Positions 9,271-19,948 are shown, counted from the stretch's first letter. The stretch is DNA of 64,000 nucleotides from Candidatus Latescibacterota bacterium (GCA_965208125.1 OZ242320.1:1376001-1440000); one strand, 5' to 3'. The notes: generated by a model not told the origin, from the letters alone. Numbers and translations: made by a program.

Positions 9271-10020
9271 TCACAGTTTCAACAGACGTCTCGCATTTTC
9301 TCCAAGCACCAGGCGCTTCTCACAATCGCTGATCCTTGCGGTAATAATCTTCCCCAGTTGCGTTCGCGGATCCATAAGCGGAACATCCGAACCGAAAAGT
9401 ACGCGATCGGCACCCGCTTCAGCCACCAGTCTTTCGATCACACCAAGCTCGCGGAAAGTGGAACACGTCTCGACATAAACATTCGAAAATCGCTGTGCCG
9501 CCCGGATCGCCTGACTTCTGTACGGCTCGGAATTGCCCGCATGCGCGATCACAAAATTCGCATTCGGATAGCGCCCGGCAATATCCTCAACATAAACGGG
9601 CCAACACGTCTCTTCCCCACCCGTGTGCGAAATAATCGCCAGACCGCGATCATCCGCGAACTGATAGACCGGATCCCACACCGGATCGTTCAACAGCCAG
9701 CGGGAATAGGGCGGGTAGATCTTAATCGCCAAAAATCCGAGCGCGTCAATCGCCCGTTCCAACTCCGGCACCATAAATTCGGGCATCAGGGGAGAAACAT
9801 AGGCAAAGCCGATAAACCTATCCGGATAGCGACTCACAAAAGCCGCAGTCTGATCATTACCCGTCGCGCCATCTGGATGAAAAATATTGAACATACAACA
9901 GCGATCAATGCCCACGGCATCCATCGCGTGGAGAATCTCGTCGGCATCATCGCTCATCTCAAAAATATCCCATCGACCGACGTGACCGTGAAAATCGATA
10001 ATTTCCCAACCATCAATCAT
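9271..10020 (-). CDS. Amidohydrolase_2 family metalloenzyme
   Basis: DFHGH, SHTG, AHAG and FGSDVP motifs; overlaps the upstream gene's stop. Confidence 0.85.
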   Translation of the reverse strand: MIDGWEIIDFHGHVGRWDIFEMSDDADEILHAMDAVGIDRCCMFNIFHPDGATGNDQTAAFVSRYPDRFIGFAYVSPLMPEFMVPELERAIDALGFLAIKIYPPYSRWLLNDPVWDPVYQFADDRGLAIISHTGGEETCWPVYVEDIAGRYPNANFVIAHAGNSEPYRSQAIRAAQRFSNVYVETCSTFRELGVIERLVAEAGADRVLFGSDVPLMDPRTQLGKIITARISDCEKRLVLGENARRLLKL

Positions 10021-10759
10021 AGAGAATCCGCTCCAGATTCGCCGCACAAATCAACCTGAGATCATCATCCGATATCTCCAAATGATGGAGCGCGAACAGC
10101 ATCGGACCCATCGCATACCGCGGGAAAAACGACCCGTACAGTAGTCGCCCTGCACCAAGCTCCCGAACGAGCTTCTCAATCCCGCAAATATTCTCATAAC
10201 GGCTGAGTTCGAGAAACGCATTGGGCAACACCCGCATCATCGGACGGATCATCATCGAATGCGTATAATGCGCGCCGACCAACACAACAGTCAGATCCGG
10301 ATACCCACCCAGCGTATCGACAATCTCAGCCGGCGGCGTATCCGCCAGCGAGACCCAGAGGGGAATACCCTCAGCACTCAGCCATGTGAGCAAATCACCG
10401 TAAAGCCACGAAACAAATGGCAGCCTGCATTCCTCGGTATTGTGCAGTCGAACGCTCGAAACGACGCCATCCCCCTGGAAATCGCACAACTGCCTCAGCG
10501 AACCGGAATCGCACCCGGCGACGAACTGGGGAACCAGCGCGTCATTTTGCCCCGTCAACGCGGCGAGCGAATCGTTTCCCCGCATCGGACTAATCCATTC
10601 GCCTTGAACGGAATAGACAAGCGCGCGACCAACCCCGTGGCGCCCCATCTCCTCGAGCAACTGATCGGGTGAATCAACTGGAGATCGCCGGTCGTGGCGA
10701 TGGCCAATCCCGACATTGGCGTCAAATACGGGAACGCGAGATCTAAAAGACAAAGACAT
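10013..10759 (-). CDS. Amidohydrolase-fold protein lacking metal ligands (DANVG; YGSFFP)
   Basis: Amidohydrolase_2 layout but the HxH and catalytic Asp are replaced. Confidence 0.7.
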   Translation of the reverse strand: MSLSFRSRVPVFDANVGIGHRHDRRSPVDSPDQLLEEMGRHGVGRALVYSVQGEWISPMRGNDSLAALTGQNDALVPQFVAGCDSGSLRQLCDFQGDGVVSSVRLHNTEECRLPFVSWLYGDLLTWLSAEGIPLWVSLADTPPAEIVDTLGGYPDLTVVLVGAHYTHSMMIRPMMRVLPNAFLELSRYENICGIEKLVRELGAGRLLYGSFFPRYAMGPMLFALHHLEISDDDLRLICAANLERILYD

Positions 10760-10793
10760 TGCGTATAACCAAAATTTAGATGTGGAAATACAA

Positions 10794-12290
10794 TCACCCA
10801 TCGCCCCGCGCAACGACCTCCGACCAGGGAACGCCATGATGGATGTCCTGGTGCGCCTGAGACCACGTCTCCGTATCATAACCCGGAACATCCGCTGGAT
10901 TCAATCCCTCTGGGAGCGGACCGTGCATAAGCGGCGGACAGGAACGGAAGCGCAGCAAATCGATCAGCAACTTCTCCCGGACCTCGCGATAATCGGGACC
11001 ATCCCACCGGTTGATGAGTTCCCCCGGATCAATGCGATGGTCGTAGAGTTCGCTCTCATCTCCCGTAATATCCAGCGTAATCCGAAATTCCTCCGTACGC
11101 ATCGACATATGGTGATACGTCTTGACGTGTTCGCACAGCACAGCCTGCTTATTCCAGGAATCCCTGCCCTGAAGAGCGGGAACCAGGCTTCTGCCCTGAA
11201 CCGTATTGGGCGCATCAATACCCAGAATATCCATCAGCGTGGGATAGAGATCCACGGACTCCACAAACCCATCGAAAACCTCCCCCTTCGGCAACGCCGC
11301 GGGATAGCGCAGAATAAATGGCACCCGATGGATACACTCGTAAAATCCGAGATTTTTCCAGATCAGGCCGTGTTCGCCAGCAAAATCGCCGTGATCTGCC
11401 GAATAAATGACAATGGTCTCCTCCAGAATACCCTGGGATTCCAACTCTCCGAGAATGCGCCCGATCTGCTCATCAATCAGAGAGACCAGCCCGTAATAAT
11501 GGGCAATACACTTTTGCAGATGTGCCCTATCTCTGGGCCTGAACGGATAGGGAAGCTCCCCCCTTTTGGCCTGTTGCTGGCGTTCGGACTTGCCCTCAAA
11601 CGCATCCGCTGCATTATCCGGCACCGCGACCTCCTCGGGATCGTACATGCGATCAAAAGGCGCGGGCACAGTAAGCGGATCGTGTGGTCTTGCAAAAGAG
11701 ATACACGCGAAGAAAGATTTGCCCTTATCGCGCTCCCGAAGATATTTGACAGACTCATTCCCACACCAGACCTCGACCGAATGTTCCAGTGGTAGCGGCG
11801 AGGTTACCGCACATTCGGGGTGCTGTATCCACTTTCTGTTCAGGTCAAAATCATCCGCCACCCCGGCTTCGACCAGACTGCGAAAATAATCGCAACTCAG
11901 CGGGTCATCGGGCAAGGCGTCGGTCATGTGGTCAAACCGGTGATAATCGAACTCGCGGCGGGGCCAGTGGACTCCGATATGCCCCTTGCCGATGATAGCT
12001 GTTTGATACCCCACCCGCTTCAATGTAGATGTGATCGGATTCAGGTGATCGGGCGGTTCGTCCGTATTATTGTGCCGCCGGTGAAAATGCTCGTACATCC
12101 CCGTCATATAGGAAATCCGGGACGGACCACAGTGCGCGCTATTGCCATACGCCCGCGAAAACCGCACCCCCTCTCGCGCCAGACGATCCATATTCGGCGT
12201 CCGAAGCAGGGGCTCCCCAGCACAGGACATCGTGCGCGCATTGTGTTGATCGGTCAAAATCCAGAGAATATTCGGTTGTCCAGATGCCAT
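10794..12290 (-). CDS. Sulfatase (formylglycine type)
   Basis: PNILWILTDQ, CGPSR, GKGH, PHDP and SADHG motifs. Confidence 0.9.
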   Translation of the reverse strand: MASGQPNILWILTDQHNARTMSCAGEPLLRTPNMDRLAREGVRFSRAYGNSAHCGPSRISYMTGMYEHFHRRHNNTDEPPDHLNPITSTLKRVGYQTAIIGKGHIGVHWPRREFDYHRFDHMTDALPDDPLSCDYFRSLVEAGVADDFDLNRKWIQHPECAVTSPLPLEHSVEVWCGNESVKYLRERDKGKSFFACISFARPHDPLTVPAPFDRMYDPEEVAVPDNAADAFEGKSERQQQAKRGELPYPFRPRDRAHLQKCIAHYYGLVSLIDEQIGRILGELESQGILEETIVIYSADHGDFAGEHGLIWKNLGFYECIHRVPFILRYPAALPKGEVFDGFVESVDLYPTLMDILGIDAPNTVQGRSLVPALQGRDSWNKQAVLCEHVKTYHHMSMRTEEFRITLDITGDESELYDHRIDPGELINRWDGPDYREVREKLLIDLLRFRSCPPLMHGPLPEGLNPADVPGYDTETWSQAHQDIHHGVPWSEVVARGDG

Positions 12291-12298
12291 TTATCTCC

Positions 12299-12715
12299 TC
12301 ACTTTCGCGTCACCCGCAGCACACCTTCATCGGCATCCACCACCACGTGGTCGCCCGTAGCGATCAACTCAAAAGGATCCCGTTCCAATTCTGTCATCAT
12401 CGGAATCTCATTGACAATACATCCGAGCGCAGCCAATCCATCCACCTCCACATTGACAAAAGCCGCTGGCGCATTGCCCTCCAACTGTGCCAGATTTAAA
12501 ACCATAGGCGTACCCGAAGAACCTTTGGTCGAGCGAATAACCAGCACGCGCCCGCCCAGAGAAATTCCCTCCAGAGGATGTCCCACGCCGATCACCTTGC
12601 CCGTAACTGCATCCACCTCGCCCCAGAACGACAGCGTCGTATCAGCCACCAGCGCCTCGCCCTCCGCGTATCCCTTAACCACACCGTGCCCTCTAATATC
12701 AACGGTATCAGCCAT
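12299..12715 (-). CDS. Aconitase X swivel (small) subunit, DUF126
   Basis: GEALVAD..LSFWGEVD..TG, HPLEG and KGSSG motifs. Confidence 0.85.
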   Translation of the reverse strand: MADTVDIRGHGVVKGYAEGEALVADTTLSFWGEVDAVTGKVIGVGHPLEGISLGGRVLVIRSTKGSSGTPMVLNLAQLEGNAPAAFVNVEVDGLAALGCIVNEIPMMTELERDPFELIATGDHVVVDADEGVLRVTRK

Positions 12716-13958
12716 CTCCAGGCCACCTCCCGGCAACTGCCGCGCGTATGCAATCATCCGTCTTGGCAATAATCACTTCCGCCCCCACCATCCCTCGCGC
12801 ATAGTGCGCCTGCTTAAAACCGTGGGTCACAATGCGCTTCGCCGGAATCCGCATATTAGTCGGACAGGTATCGCAAAGAATGCGCCCGCCCGCCGCCTCG
12901 ATAATCTCCGTATAGCCCATCCTATCCGCATTCCCCTTCGTACCCCGCGCCGTATCGATCCACAGACGCACGCCTTCCGCCACCTTTTTCCCCTTCAAAA
13001 GAGCAGCAATCTTCGACAATTCATTAATAGACGCATGCGGACAGCCCAGAATTACCGAATCGATTTCATCCCCCGTGCGCACCCGTAAAGACTCATAAGT
13101 CTCCCTCAACGTCTCCGCATCAAACGTCAGATAATCCTCGGGAACATCCCCCTGAAACGCCGCATCTATCGTGGGCGCTTCTGGCGTAACACCCGCGATA
13201 TGACACATCGTCACCCCGCCCGAAGTCGCCAGCGCCGCACACAGTTGCTTGGCCTCGTCCTGAGAGGGCCGTCGCACACCATTGAACACCGGAATGCCCA
13301 AACCCGCGGCTTTCCCTGCAAAATAGCCCAGAGCACCCCAATCGGGTGGATCCTCCAACTCCGCCGTCACCTCTATCCGAAGCGTACCCTTGCGATTTTC
13401 ATCCAGCAACACGCCAAACTCCGGAACCAGACCCAGAAGCGAAGCTGCAATCGCACTCTCCGTACCGTGTCGCGTAGTCCGCGCACCCAGGATAGAATTC
13501 GCATAAACCACCGCAGACGACTCCGTCCACGCCAAAATCTCGTCCTTGAGCGGCACATTGCCCACCAGATACGGGGCACAGGTAAAAGTGGGAATAAACC
13601 CCGCATCCGCAGCCAGAACCGCCAGATCCTTCTGCATCTGCACCTGTTCGGGATCATTCTCGGGCACATCCACATCATCCAGAGTCACAAACGCCGCATG
13701 CACCGTACAGGTACATCCGGGATGCGTCCCGTGGGAACACGCCTCCACGAGATCGGCCATATATCGGTCCATTGTCTCTTTGGACGCCCCCTGAGCCATC
13801 AAATTGGGCACCGGCAGCAAAGCGTGTGTATTATCCACCTTAACCAGCCGTTTTGCCCCCATCACCTTGCCCCAATCAACCAGCCAGCGCATACACTTTG
13901 CCAGATAGTCTCCCCGTGACCCATCCAGAACTGCCTGCTGTTCTCCTGTCAGTTCCAT
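12708..13958 (-). CDS. Aconitase X catalytic (large) subunit, DUF521
   Basis: TCAPY, WTESSAVVYANSILGART, LGCPHAS and DTC motifs. Confidence 0.9.
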   Translation of the reverse strand: MELTGEQQAVLDGSRGDYLAKCMRWLVDWGKVMGAKRLVKVDNTHALLPVPNLMAQGASKETMDRYMADLVEACSHGTHPGCTCTVHAAFVTLDDVDVPENDPEQVQMQKDLAVLAADAGFIPTFTCAPYLVGNVPLKDEILAWTESSAVVYANSILGARTTRHGTESAIAASLLGLVPEFGVLLDENRKGTLRIEVTAELEDPPDWGALGYFAGKAAGLGIPVFNGVRRPSQDEAKQLCAALATSGGVTMCHIAGVTPEAPTIDAAFQGDVPEDYLTFDAETLRETYESLRVRTGDEIDSVILGCPHASINELSKIAALLKGKKVAEGVRLWIDTARGTKGNADRMGYTEIIEAAGGRILCDTCPTNMRIPAKRIVTHGFKQAHYARGMVGAEVIIAKTDDCIRAAVAGRWPGDG

Positions 13959-13971
13959 AAAACACGCCTCC

Positions 13972-14847
13972 TCAATTGCCGAACGGATCGATACCCGCCA
14001 TCTCGTAATTCCTGATCCAGTCGTGATGGGACCGCGCCACGCTCTCCGGATTGACCCGACTTCGAGCGATAAAACCCGGCACATTCTCACGACCCGTCGG
14101 AAGCCCAATACGGCTATAGCGAACATCCAGACTCCACCTGACCGAATTTATCGTATGCGGAGTTGATCGATGCAAAACGCGCTCCATCGTCAACAATACA
14201 TCCCCCACATCGACCTCGCAGGTCACAACCTCAAAATCCGGAAGATCGCTTTCAAAGACCCCTTTAAAGTGGGGCGTTCGATAATCATGCGGCAAGAGAC
14301 CGACCTGATGAGAGCCGCGAAGCACCTGCAAACAGCCGTTATCAGCCGTCGCCTTAACCAGTGGAATCCAGAAATTGACGAACAACGTCTCTCCCGCATC
14401 CTCCGGTATGAGATACGCCAGATCCTGATGCCACGGCACCACGGTCGCTTCCAGATCTGGCAATTTGGCGCGCAGATTGGACTGCGGATGCGCGAAAATT
14501 TCAGGACCAATCAGAGATTCCGTCGCATCCAGTATAGCGGGATGCGTCCTGAGCGCGAACATCCCGGGCGTCTTAAACCTCTTCCCCTGAAAATTCTTCC
14601 AGATCCGCTCTGGCTCCGAACAAGCATTCGACACCATAGCCAATCGGGTCTCAAAAGACGCGTCGGGAAAAGTATCCCCCGGATCGAGCAATCCCTCATC
14701 CACCGCCGCGCCCACCACCTCGTCAATTTTAGCCAAAATTTCATCGACAAACGGTTGGTACGCTTCTTTGGGAAGCTGATCGCGGACGATCAAAAAACCA
14801 TCGTCGTGGAACTGCGCCACCTGTTCCACGCTCAGTCCATATTCCAT
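13972..14847 (-). CDS. Phytanoyl-CoA dioxygenase (PhyH) family Fe/2OG enzyme
   Basis: PWHQD, NGCLQVLRGSH and LHRS..N..RWSLDVRY motifs. Confidence 0.85.
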   Translation of the reverse strand: MEYGLSVEQVAQFHDDGFLIVRDQLPKEAYQPFVDEILAKIDEVVGAAVDEGLLDPGDTFPDASFETRLAMVSNACSEPERIWKNFQGKRFKTPGMFALRTHPAILDATESLIGPEIFAHPQSNLRAKLPDLEATVVPWHQDLAYLIPEDAGETLFVNFWIPLVKATADNGCLQVLRGSHQVGLLPHDYRTPHFKGVFESDLPDFEVVTCEVDVGDVLLTMERVLHRSTPHTINSVRWSLDVRYSRIGLPTGRENVPGFIARSRVNPESVARSHHDWIRNYEMAGIDPFGN

Positions 14848-14880
14848 GGGAAACCCTCCAATCAAATGAAAAATCACCCT

Positions 14881-16329
14881 TCACAACACCGCCAATATCT
14901 TCCTCACCTCATCCTCAAAAATCATCTGCCACTCAGGCGCCAGCATACAATCGCTATCTTCTTGCGCACCACCTCGATTTTCGAGTTGCTCTGCCGTTGG
15001 CGTATAATAGATATAACCATTTGTAACACCCGCGACAAAAGTGAACTTATGCGGAGACCTTTTCTTAATATTGAGACCGATCTCCACCGACAACTCTCCC
15101 GGAAACGTCACCAGAACAAATTCCCCAACCCTCAAACCCATCATCTCAACTTCAATTGTACTCGCTCCAGCGGCGACATTCCGCGCCTGATGTTTTTTAA
15201 GCAAATCCAGATTTATCTGGATCCTCGTCAATTGCTCCATCGCGTAAATATTCTCAATATATCGATTCATATTCTCTCTATTCTCGGCATCCAGCTTCTT
15301 CAAATCATCTCTCCCCATCATCTCCTCATGCAAATAACGATGAGAATAATAAGAAGGAAAATCGCGGGAAAGATTGTATTTCACATACAGAGGAATAAAC
15401 GTCTTCAAATTGAGACTCGTCCCCTTCAGCACCCCAAGCAATTGTATCTGTTCGGCCTGTAGAGATTCGATACGCTCTGCGAGATCGGCCCTCGGCAGTT
15501 TAATGGTCTCACGGATAACCTTCAATTCTCCCCCCTCACTGCTACGGATCTTCTTCAACCCCTGCAAAGTACTGAGACCCAGCATATTTCCCAGAATCTC
15601 GGCATCCCGCGGATTATTGACATCCTTGTACAAAATCGGATTGACATCACCCCCGCATCCCTGCAAAAACAGAGCAATCGTATCCTCGCTCAAATTATCC
15701 TCAATCACCCTTGACGCAAATCCGGAAATATCCGCCGTATTTTCTCTACTCGGCACCTCCAGAATCGGATGACACGCGAAATTGAAAACAACCGCCAGCG
15801 TCTCTCCATCCTCCCGGTCCAGCCGAAGAATGCCAATCTCCGGATCAACTGGCCTAACCGAAGCGACCGCCTCATCGGGCGGAAGCGAATACGCGTGGCG
15901 GACATCGGCTTCCCCTCCATTCTTCAGCACAAGCCTGCGGTTCTCCATAATCCTGTCCTCGCAGCCGGTGCCAACACCCATACGTACAGGGACCATATTT
16001 TGCCACGCCTCCACGACTGCCCGGACCGTTCGCTGTTCCACATCTGCGCAGACCTTACCGTGACAATGGCTGGCATTAATCAGAATACGCGCAGGATCGA
16101 GATTTAACTCCCTATTCAATTGCGAACGCACATTGGCGAGAAAATCATTTCTGATAGAACCGATCTCAGCTATAGCTACCGCATCTACAGTCACAATAAC
16201 AGCTATCTCATCACCAAACCTCAGAACCAGAGCTTTGACATAAAGTGGGTCATTAGCCGGTCCCGCCTCTGGATCGGTTATTACTACCTTTGCAACACCC
16301 GCCAGGAGATTTCTCGAAATCGCATCCAT
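14881..16329 (-). CDS. Neutral ceramidase N-terminal-like metal hydrolase
   Basis: DPLYVKALVL, NASHCH, NFACHP, QGCGGDV and FPGEL motifs. Confidence 0.7.
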   Translation of the reverse strand: MDAISRNLLAGVAKVVITDPEAGPANDPLYVKALVLRFGDEIAVIVTVDAVAIAEIGSIRNDFLANVRSQLNRELNLDPARILINASHCHGKVCADVEQRTVRAVVEAWQNMVPVRMGVGTGCEDRIMENRRLVLKNGGEADVRHAYSLPPDEAVASVRPVDPEIGILRLDREDGETLAVVFNFACHPILEVPSRENTADISGFASRVIEDNLSEDTIALFLQGCGGDVNPILYKDVNNPRDAEILGNMLGLSTLQGLKKIRSSEGGELKVIRETIKLPRADLAERIESLQAEQIQLLGVLKGTSLNLKTFIPLYVKYNLSRDFPSYYSHRYLHEEMMGRDDLKKLDAENRENMNRYIENIYAMEQLTRIQINLDLLKKHQARNVAAGASTIEVEMMGLRVGEFVLVTFPGELSVEIGLNIKKRSPHKFTFVAGVTNGYIYYTPTAEQLENRGGAQEDSDCMLAPEWQMIFEDEVRKILAVL

Positions 16330-16336
16330 ACCTTAC

Positions 16337-17479
16337 TCAAAGCCCCAGATCTCTCAGATTGTAATTTTTCAAAATACTCTCCCGCGTATCTTCATTCCAG
16401 AGATTGGCATCCTCTTCCCCAATCAGAGGCTGATAAACATAGCGAGGCTCATCTGGAAATCGCTGCTGCCGCGCATCGATTCCCAACGCGATCAAACGAG
16501 AACGCTCGTAGATACGCGCCTCGTCGTAAATCACCTCCTCATCCCCACGCCTCACCCGCGCATTCAGAACAGAAGATCGGCGGTGAAAACCAAAATTGAT
16601 CGTCATCCGTTTATCCGGCGACGTATTGGCAAAAGAAGCATGCAGAGCCTGGCGATTGGACATAACCACATCGCCTGGCTCACACACCATGGGAACCGCC
16701 CCCGGCAAACGGTCAGAACCACCGTTATCCGCAATCATCGCTTTAATATCCAGCTTGCCCTGCTTGTGCGACCCGGGAACCACCCACACCCCGTTGGCCG
16801 CAGTACTACCAAAAAGCTGAGCCATAAAATTAAACCCGTGCGTACCCTCATCCCAATCGGGCCTATCCCACTGCGTGGTACCATCCTGATGCCAGGCTAC
16901 CGATGCCCCCAGCCCCGGCTGCTTGACAATAATAGACTCCGTAAACGGCGTAAAATCCGGTCCATTGATCTGCTCTGCAACAGACAGCAGTTCGGGATGA
17001 CCATAAAGCCGCAAACAAGAATCCATAATTTGCAGTGGCGCAGCAATATTGGAAATCACATAATCCGGCGCATCAGCCGGAGGCTCTGGCTCCGTCATCC
17101 TGGCCGGATGCCGCCCATTATTGCTCGACGTACCCCCCACGGGATCGCTCAGCGGTTTGACAAAGCGAAAAGGCTGTCGCGCCAAATCCGATCCAAGTGC
17201 TTTGCGGCCCATTGAATCGACCAGCGCATCTTTAGTATGCGGCGCCCGCTCAAACGCATGCGCCAGATCCGCCTGCAAATCTTCGAGTTCCTCATCGCCC
17301 AGCGCACCCTCAAACACATAGAACCCCACGCGCCAATACGCCTCTACAATACCCTCATCCAGCGTACCGTCCGCATTAAACTTGACAGCACCGCGATTCC
17401 CAAGCGCGAACGCCATCTCCTCGCCCTCGCGGACATAAGCATCTTCTGTAGAGGTCTTCATTTTATTTTCCTCTCCCAA
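16337..17479 (-). CDS. PhyH family Fe/2OG dioxygenase
   Basis: AWHQDG, NGVWVVPGSH and LHASFAN motifs; start could be 17461. Confidence 0.85.
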   Translation of the reverse strand: MGEENKMKTSTEDAYVREGEEMAFALGNRGAVKFNADGTLDEGIVEAYWRVGFYVFEGALGDEELEDLQADLAHAFERAPHTKDALVDSMGRKALGSDLARQPFRFVKPLSDPVGGTSSNNGRHPARMTEPEPPADAPDYVISNIAAPLQIMDSCLRLYGHPELLSVAEQINGPDFTPFTESIIVKQPGLGASVAWHQDGTTQWDRPDWDEGTHGFNFMAQLFGSTAANGVWVVPGSHKQGKLDIKAMIADNGGSDRLPGAVPMVCEPGDVVMSNRQALHASFANTSPDKRMTINFGFHRRSSVLNARVRRGDEEVIYDEARIYERSRLIALGIDARQQRFPDEPRYVYQPLIGEEDANLWNEDTRESILKNYNLRDLGL

Positions 17480-17492
17480 TAGTCCTGTGCGC

Positions 17493-17519
17493 GGGCGACC
17501 ACAGGGGGTCGCCCCTACA
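17493..17519. repeat. REP-like palindrome family A (GGGCGACCACAGGGGGTCGCCCCTACA)
   Basis: Identical to 59693-59719; GTAG-type REP hairpin. Confidence 0.85.
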
Positions 17520-17537
17520 TCTATATCATCTTTTTTA

Positions 17538-17570
17538 TTTCACACTTCACACTTCTAACTTCACACTTCT
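17538..17570. repeat. Heptamer tandem repeat (CTTCACA-type)
   Basis: TTTCACA CTTCACA CTTCTAA CTTCACA. Confidence 0.75.
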
Positions 17571-19563
17571 ACCATCCATGCGTCCAGTGCGGCGTTGACG
17601 GAAACCAGATATAATCCACAAGCGAAGAAAGCGCGCACCCCGTAACATATCCAACAACGAGACCAAAGAAAAACGGACGCACGCGATTGTAAAGCGGAAT
17701 ACCGCCAAACCGCAGAATCATATGCTTGGCCGACCACGTCAGGAACATACTAAAAGCATAAGTCCTCGACCCCGCGCTAATCTGAAAAGCCAGCCCCATC
17801 GGATGCAACGGCCACCAGGGCACGCGATTTCGCAAAAGCGTAAGCAAACCGGCAAAAAGCACGCCCAGAACCCACACAGTCGCCTTGGCCGGATCGAACA
17901 CAGTCTTATCTGCCTGCACAATAATTGAAACCATGCGATTGTAGAGATTCCGATTGCCACCTTGAAATCCACCCAACCCCAAATTCTGCGCCGCATTGTC
18001 ATAACCCAGATAAATCGTATAGAGCATAGACGCGAAAAAACACGTCGAAAAAGCCAGAAAAATCGTCCAAATAACCCGCTTCTGTCTCCCTTCGGACGAA
18101 AAAAATTTGAGATGGTGGGGCAGCGAGGGCCAGACCGGAATGCGGTGATTCCCAAAAAACATATTGGAATTGACGAGACCCAGGCCAACGACTTCCCTGC
18201 GCGTGAACGTCGAATAGCCAATCAAACTCTCAATAATTCGCCCGCCCCGAACCGCCACCGGAAACAAATAGGAGAACCCACTCGCCGCCGTGTATTTCGC
18301 AATGGTAAAATAGGCAATATAGAGAAGCACCACCTGAAGAATCGCAAGGGGCAGCGAAAGCCCCATATACGTGACAAACCCCACGACAAAAACCGTAGAA
18401 AGCACCAACCCCACAAGCGCGAACCGATAGGGAATAAGACCATCGTCTTTGGGAGATCGACAGCCTTCCATCGCCGCCTGAAACACCCTACGCAAATGCC
18501 CCCGGGCAATCCAGACCGACCACAGCGCGAGAAAAACAAAAGCCCCGTGGGATTCCAGAAGCAAAATCTCATACGCTTCTGCCTGCTGACCCGTATAGCC
18601 CACCGTATATCCAACGCGATTGATAAATCCTTCTTTAAAAATAGCAAAAAGTCGAAATGCCCAAAAAGAAAGAAGAATATCGAGATTGCACAAATAGGTC
18701 AGCCCAATAACGGGCGGCATAATACGCAGCCTCAAAGGCGGAAAATGTTCTGCAATAATAACATCCTTATTCGCGATACGAACCGAATCGTAAATCCCCA
18801 TATGGGGCAAATTGGGCGCAAAATACGTGATGATATTATAGACATAAACCAGCAGCACAACCAGAACGCCCGCCCAGAAGATACCGCCTTTAAACATCGC
18901 GGGAATGCGCTCTTTACCGTCAAAACCCTCGGTCAGCGCAACGGGAAAAGTCACCAGAGGAAAAGTCAGCTTTTCGGCATCTTCCCACTGCCTCTGAAAA
19001 ATAACCGAAACACAAAGCGCGGCCACCACAAGTGCTATAGACAGGCTGAACCACCAGCAAAGCGTGCCTATCCAACTGCCCCACGGAATGCTCTCTCCCG
19101 GCGGCAGACCCTCGTAAAAGGTCGTTATGGACCCCTGCGACACCTGGGGCAATACCCACCAGGGCATAACATCAAAAAGAAACTCCTCCCATCGGTTTTC
19201 AGGCGAAGCATAATAAGTCGGAGAACTGACAATACCGCCCCAGTACGTGGCCCATCCCGCAACGGGAATCGTCCCCACGATCCACGACATACTGTAAATC
19301 AAGACGAGTTCAGAACTGGAAAGCGCAATGCGGGGCCAAAAAAATCTGAGAACGAGATTGACGCCAATCCATCCCACAAAAGGCAGCAACATAGACATCG
19401 GGAGTTGCGACTTAACCAGCGCGCTATTGACGAGCACCATCCCCGTGTAATTGGTATAAGTATTGAGCAAAACACCCGTAGCCACGCCCAATACGACCGC
19501 CCGTACGGTGATAAGGGGCCGTTTTTGTTCTGATACATCCTCTGAAGGTTGAGCGTGTGCCAT
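17569..19563 (-). CDS. Multi-pass membrane protein, DUF6785/DUF6784-like putative transporter
   Basis: Many hydrophobic helices; RQWEDAEKLTFPL, WWPLHPMG and RPFFFGLVVG motifs. Confidence 0.7.
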   Translation of the reverse strand: MAHAQPSEDVSEQKRPLITVRAVVLGVATGVLLNTYTNYTGMVLVNSALVKSQLPMSMLLPFVGWIGVNLVLRFFWPRIALSSSELVLIYSMSWIVGTIPVAGWATYWGGIVSSPTYYASPENRWEEFLFDVMPWWVLPQVSQGSITTFYEGLPPGESIPWGSWIGTLCWWFSLSIALVVAALCVSVIFQRQWEDAEKLTFPLVTFPVALTEGFDGKERIPAMFKGGIFWAGVLVVLLVYVYNIITYFAPNLPHMGIYDSVRIANKDVIIAEHFPPLRLRIMPPVIGLTYLCNLDILLSFWAFRLFAIFKEGFINRVGYTVGYTGQQAEAYEILLLESHGAFVFLALWSVWIARGHLRRVFQAAMEGCRSPKDDGLIPYRFALVGLVLSTVFVVGFVTYMGLSLPLAILQVVLLYIAYFTIAKYTAASGFSYLFPVAVRGGRIIESLIGYSTFTRREVVGLGLVNSNMFFGNHRIPVWPSLPHHLKFFSSEGRQKRVIWTIFLAFSTCFFASMLYTIYLGYDNAAQNLGLGGFQGGNRNLYNRMVSIIVQADKTVFDPAKATVWVLGVLFAGLLTLLRNRVPWWPLHPMGLAFQISAGSRTYAFSMFLTWSAKHMILRFGGIPLYNRVRPFFFGLVVGYVTGCALSSLVDYIWFPSTPHWTHGW

Positions 19564-19570
19564 AACGACC

Positions 19571-19948
19571 TTAGTCTTCATAAGTAACGACAACATCATC
19601 GCCGTCAATTTCTACCGCATAGGTCTTGACATACACCTCCGGATCCACCAGGCAGCGTCCTGTTGAGATTTCAAAAGACCACTGATGCCACGGACAGTGC
19701 AAAATTTCTCCATCGCCATCAATGAAAATCTCGCCCTCCCCCGTGGAAGGCGGCGCCTGAGTCGTCACCCGACCACCGAGAGTACCCGTACACAACGGAC
19801 CATTCTTGTGCGGACAAATATTGCGAACCGCGTAAAACGAACCCCCCACATTAAAAATGCCAATACCGGCGCGCCCGCGAAATGGCACCACAATTTTGCG
19901 CTGTCCAGGCGGTATCTCCGAAACCCTGGCAACTACAATACGCGCCAT
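19571..19948 (-). CDS. Rieske [2Fe-2S] ferredoxin
   Basis: CPH..GPL and CPWH motifs. Confidence 0.92.
   Translation of the reverse strand: MARIVVARVSEIPPGQRKIVVPFRGRAGIGIFNVGGSFYAVRNICPHKNGPLCTGTLGGRVTTQAPPSTGEGEIFIDGDGEILHCPWHQWSFEISTGRCLVDPEVYVKTYAVEIDGDDVVVTYED

Noticed and set aside
17962-19533. Long antisense ORFs (also 2241-3251, 10716-11795, 11820-13088, 14170-15462, 20171-21097, 45494-46384)
   Set aside because: Shadows of well-supported genes on the opposite strand; no motifs and biased composition
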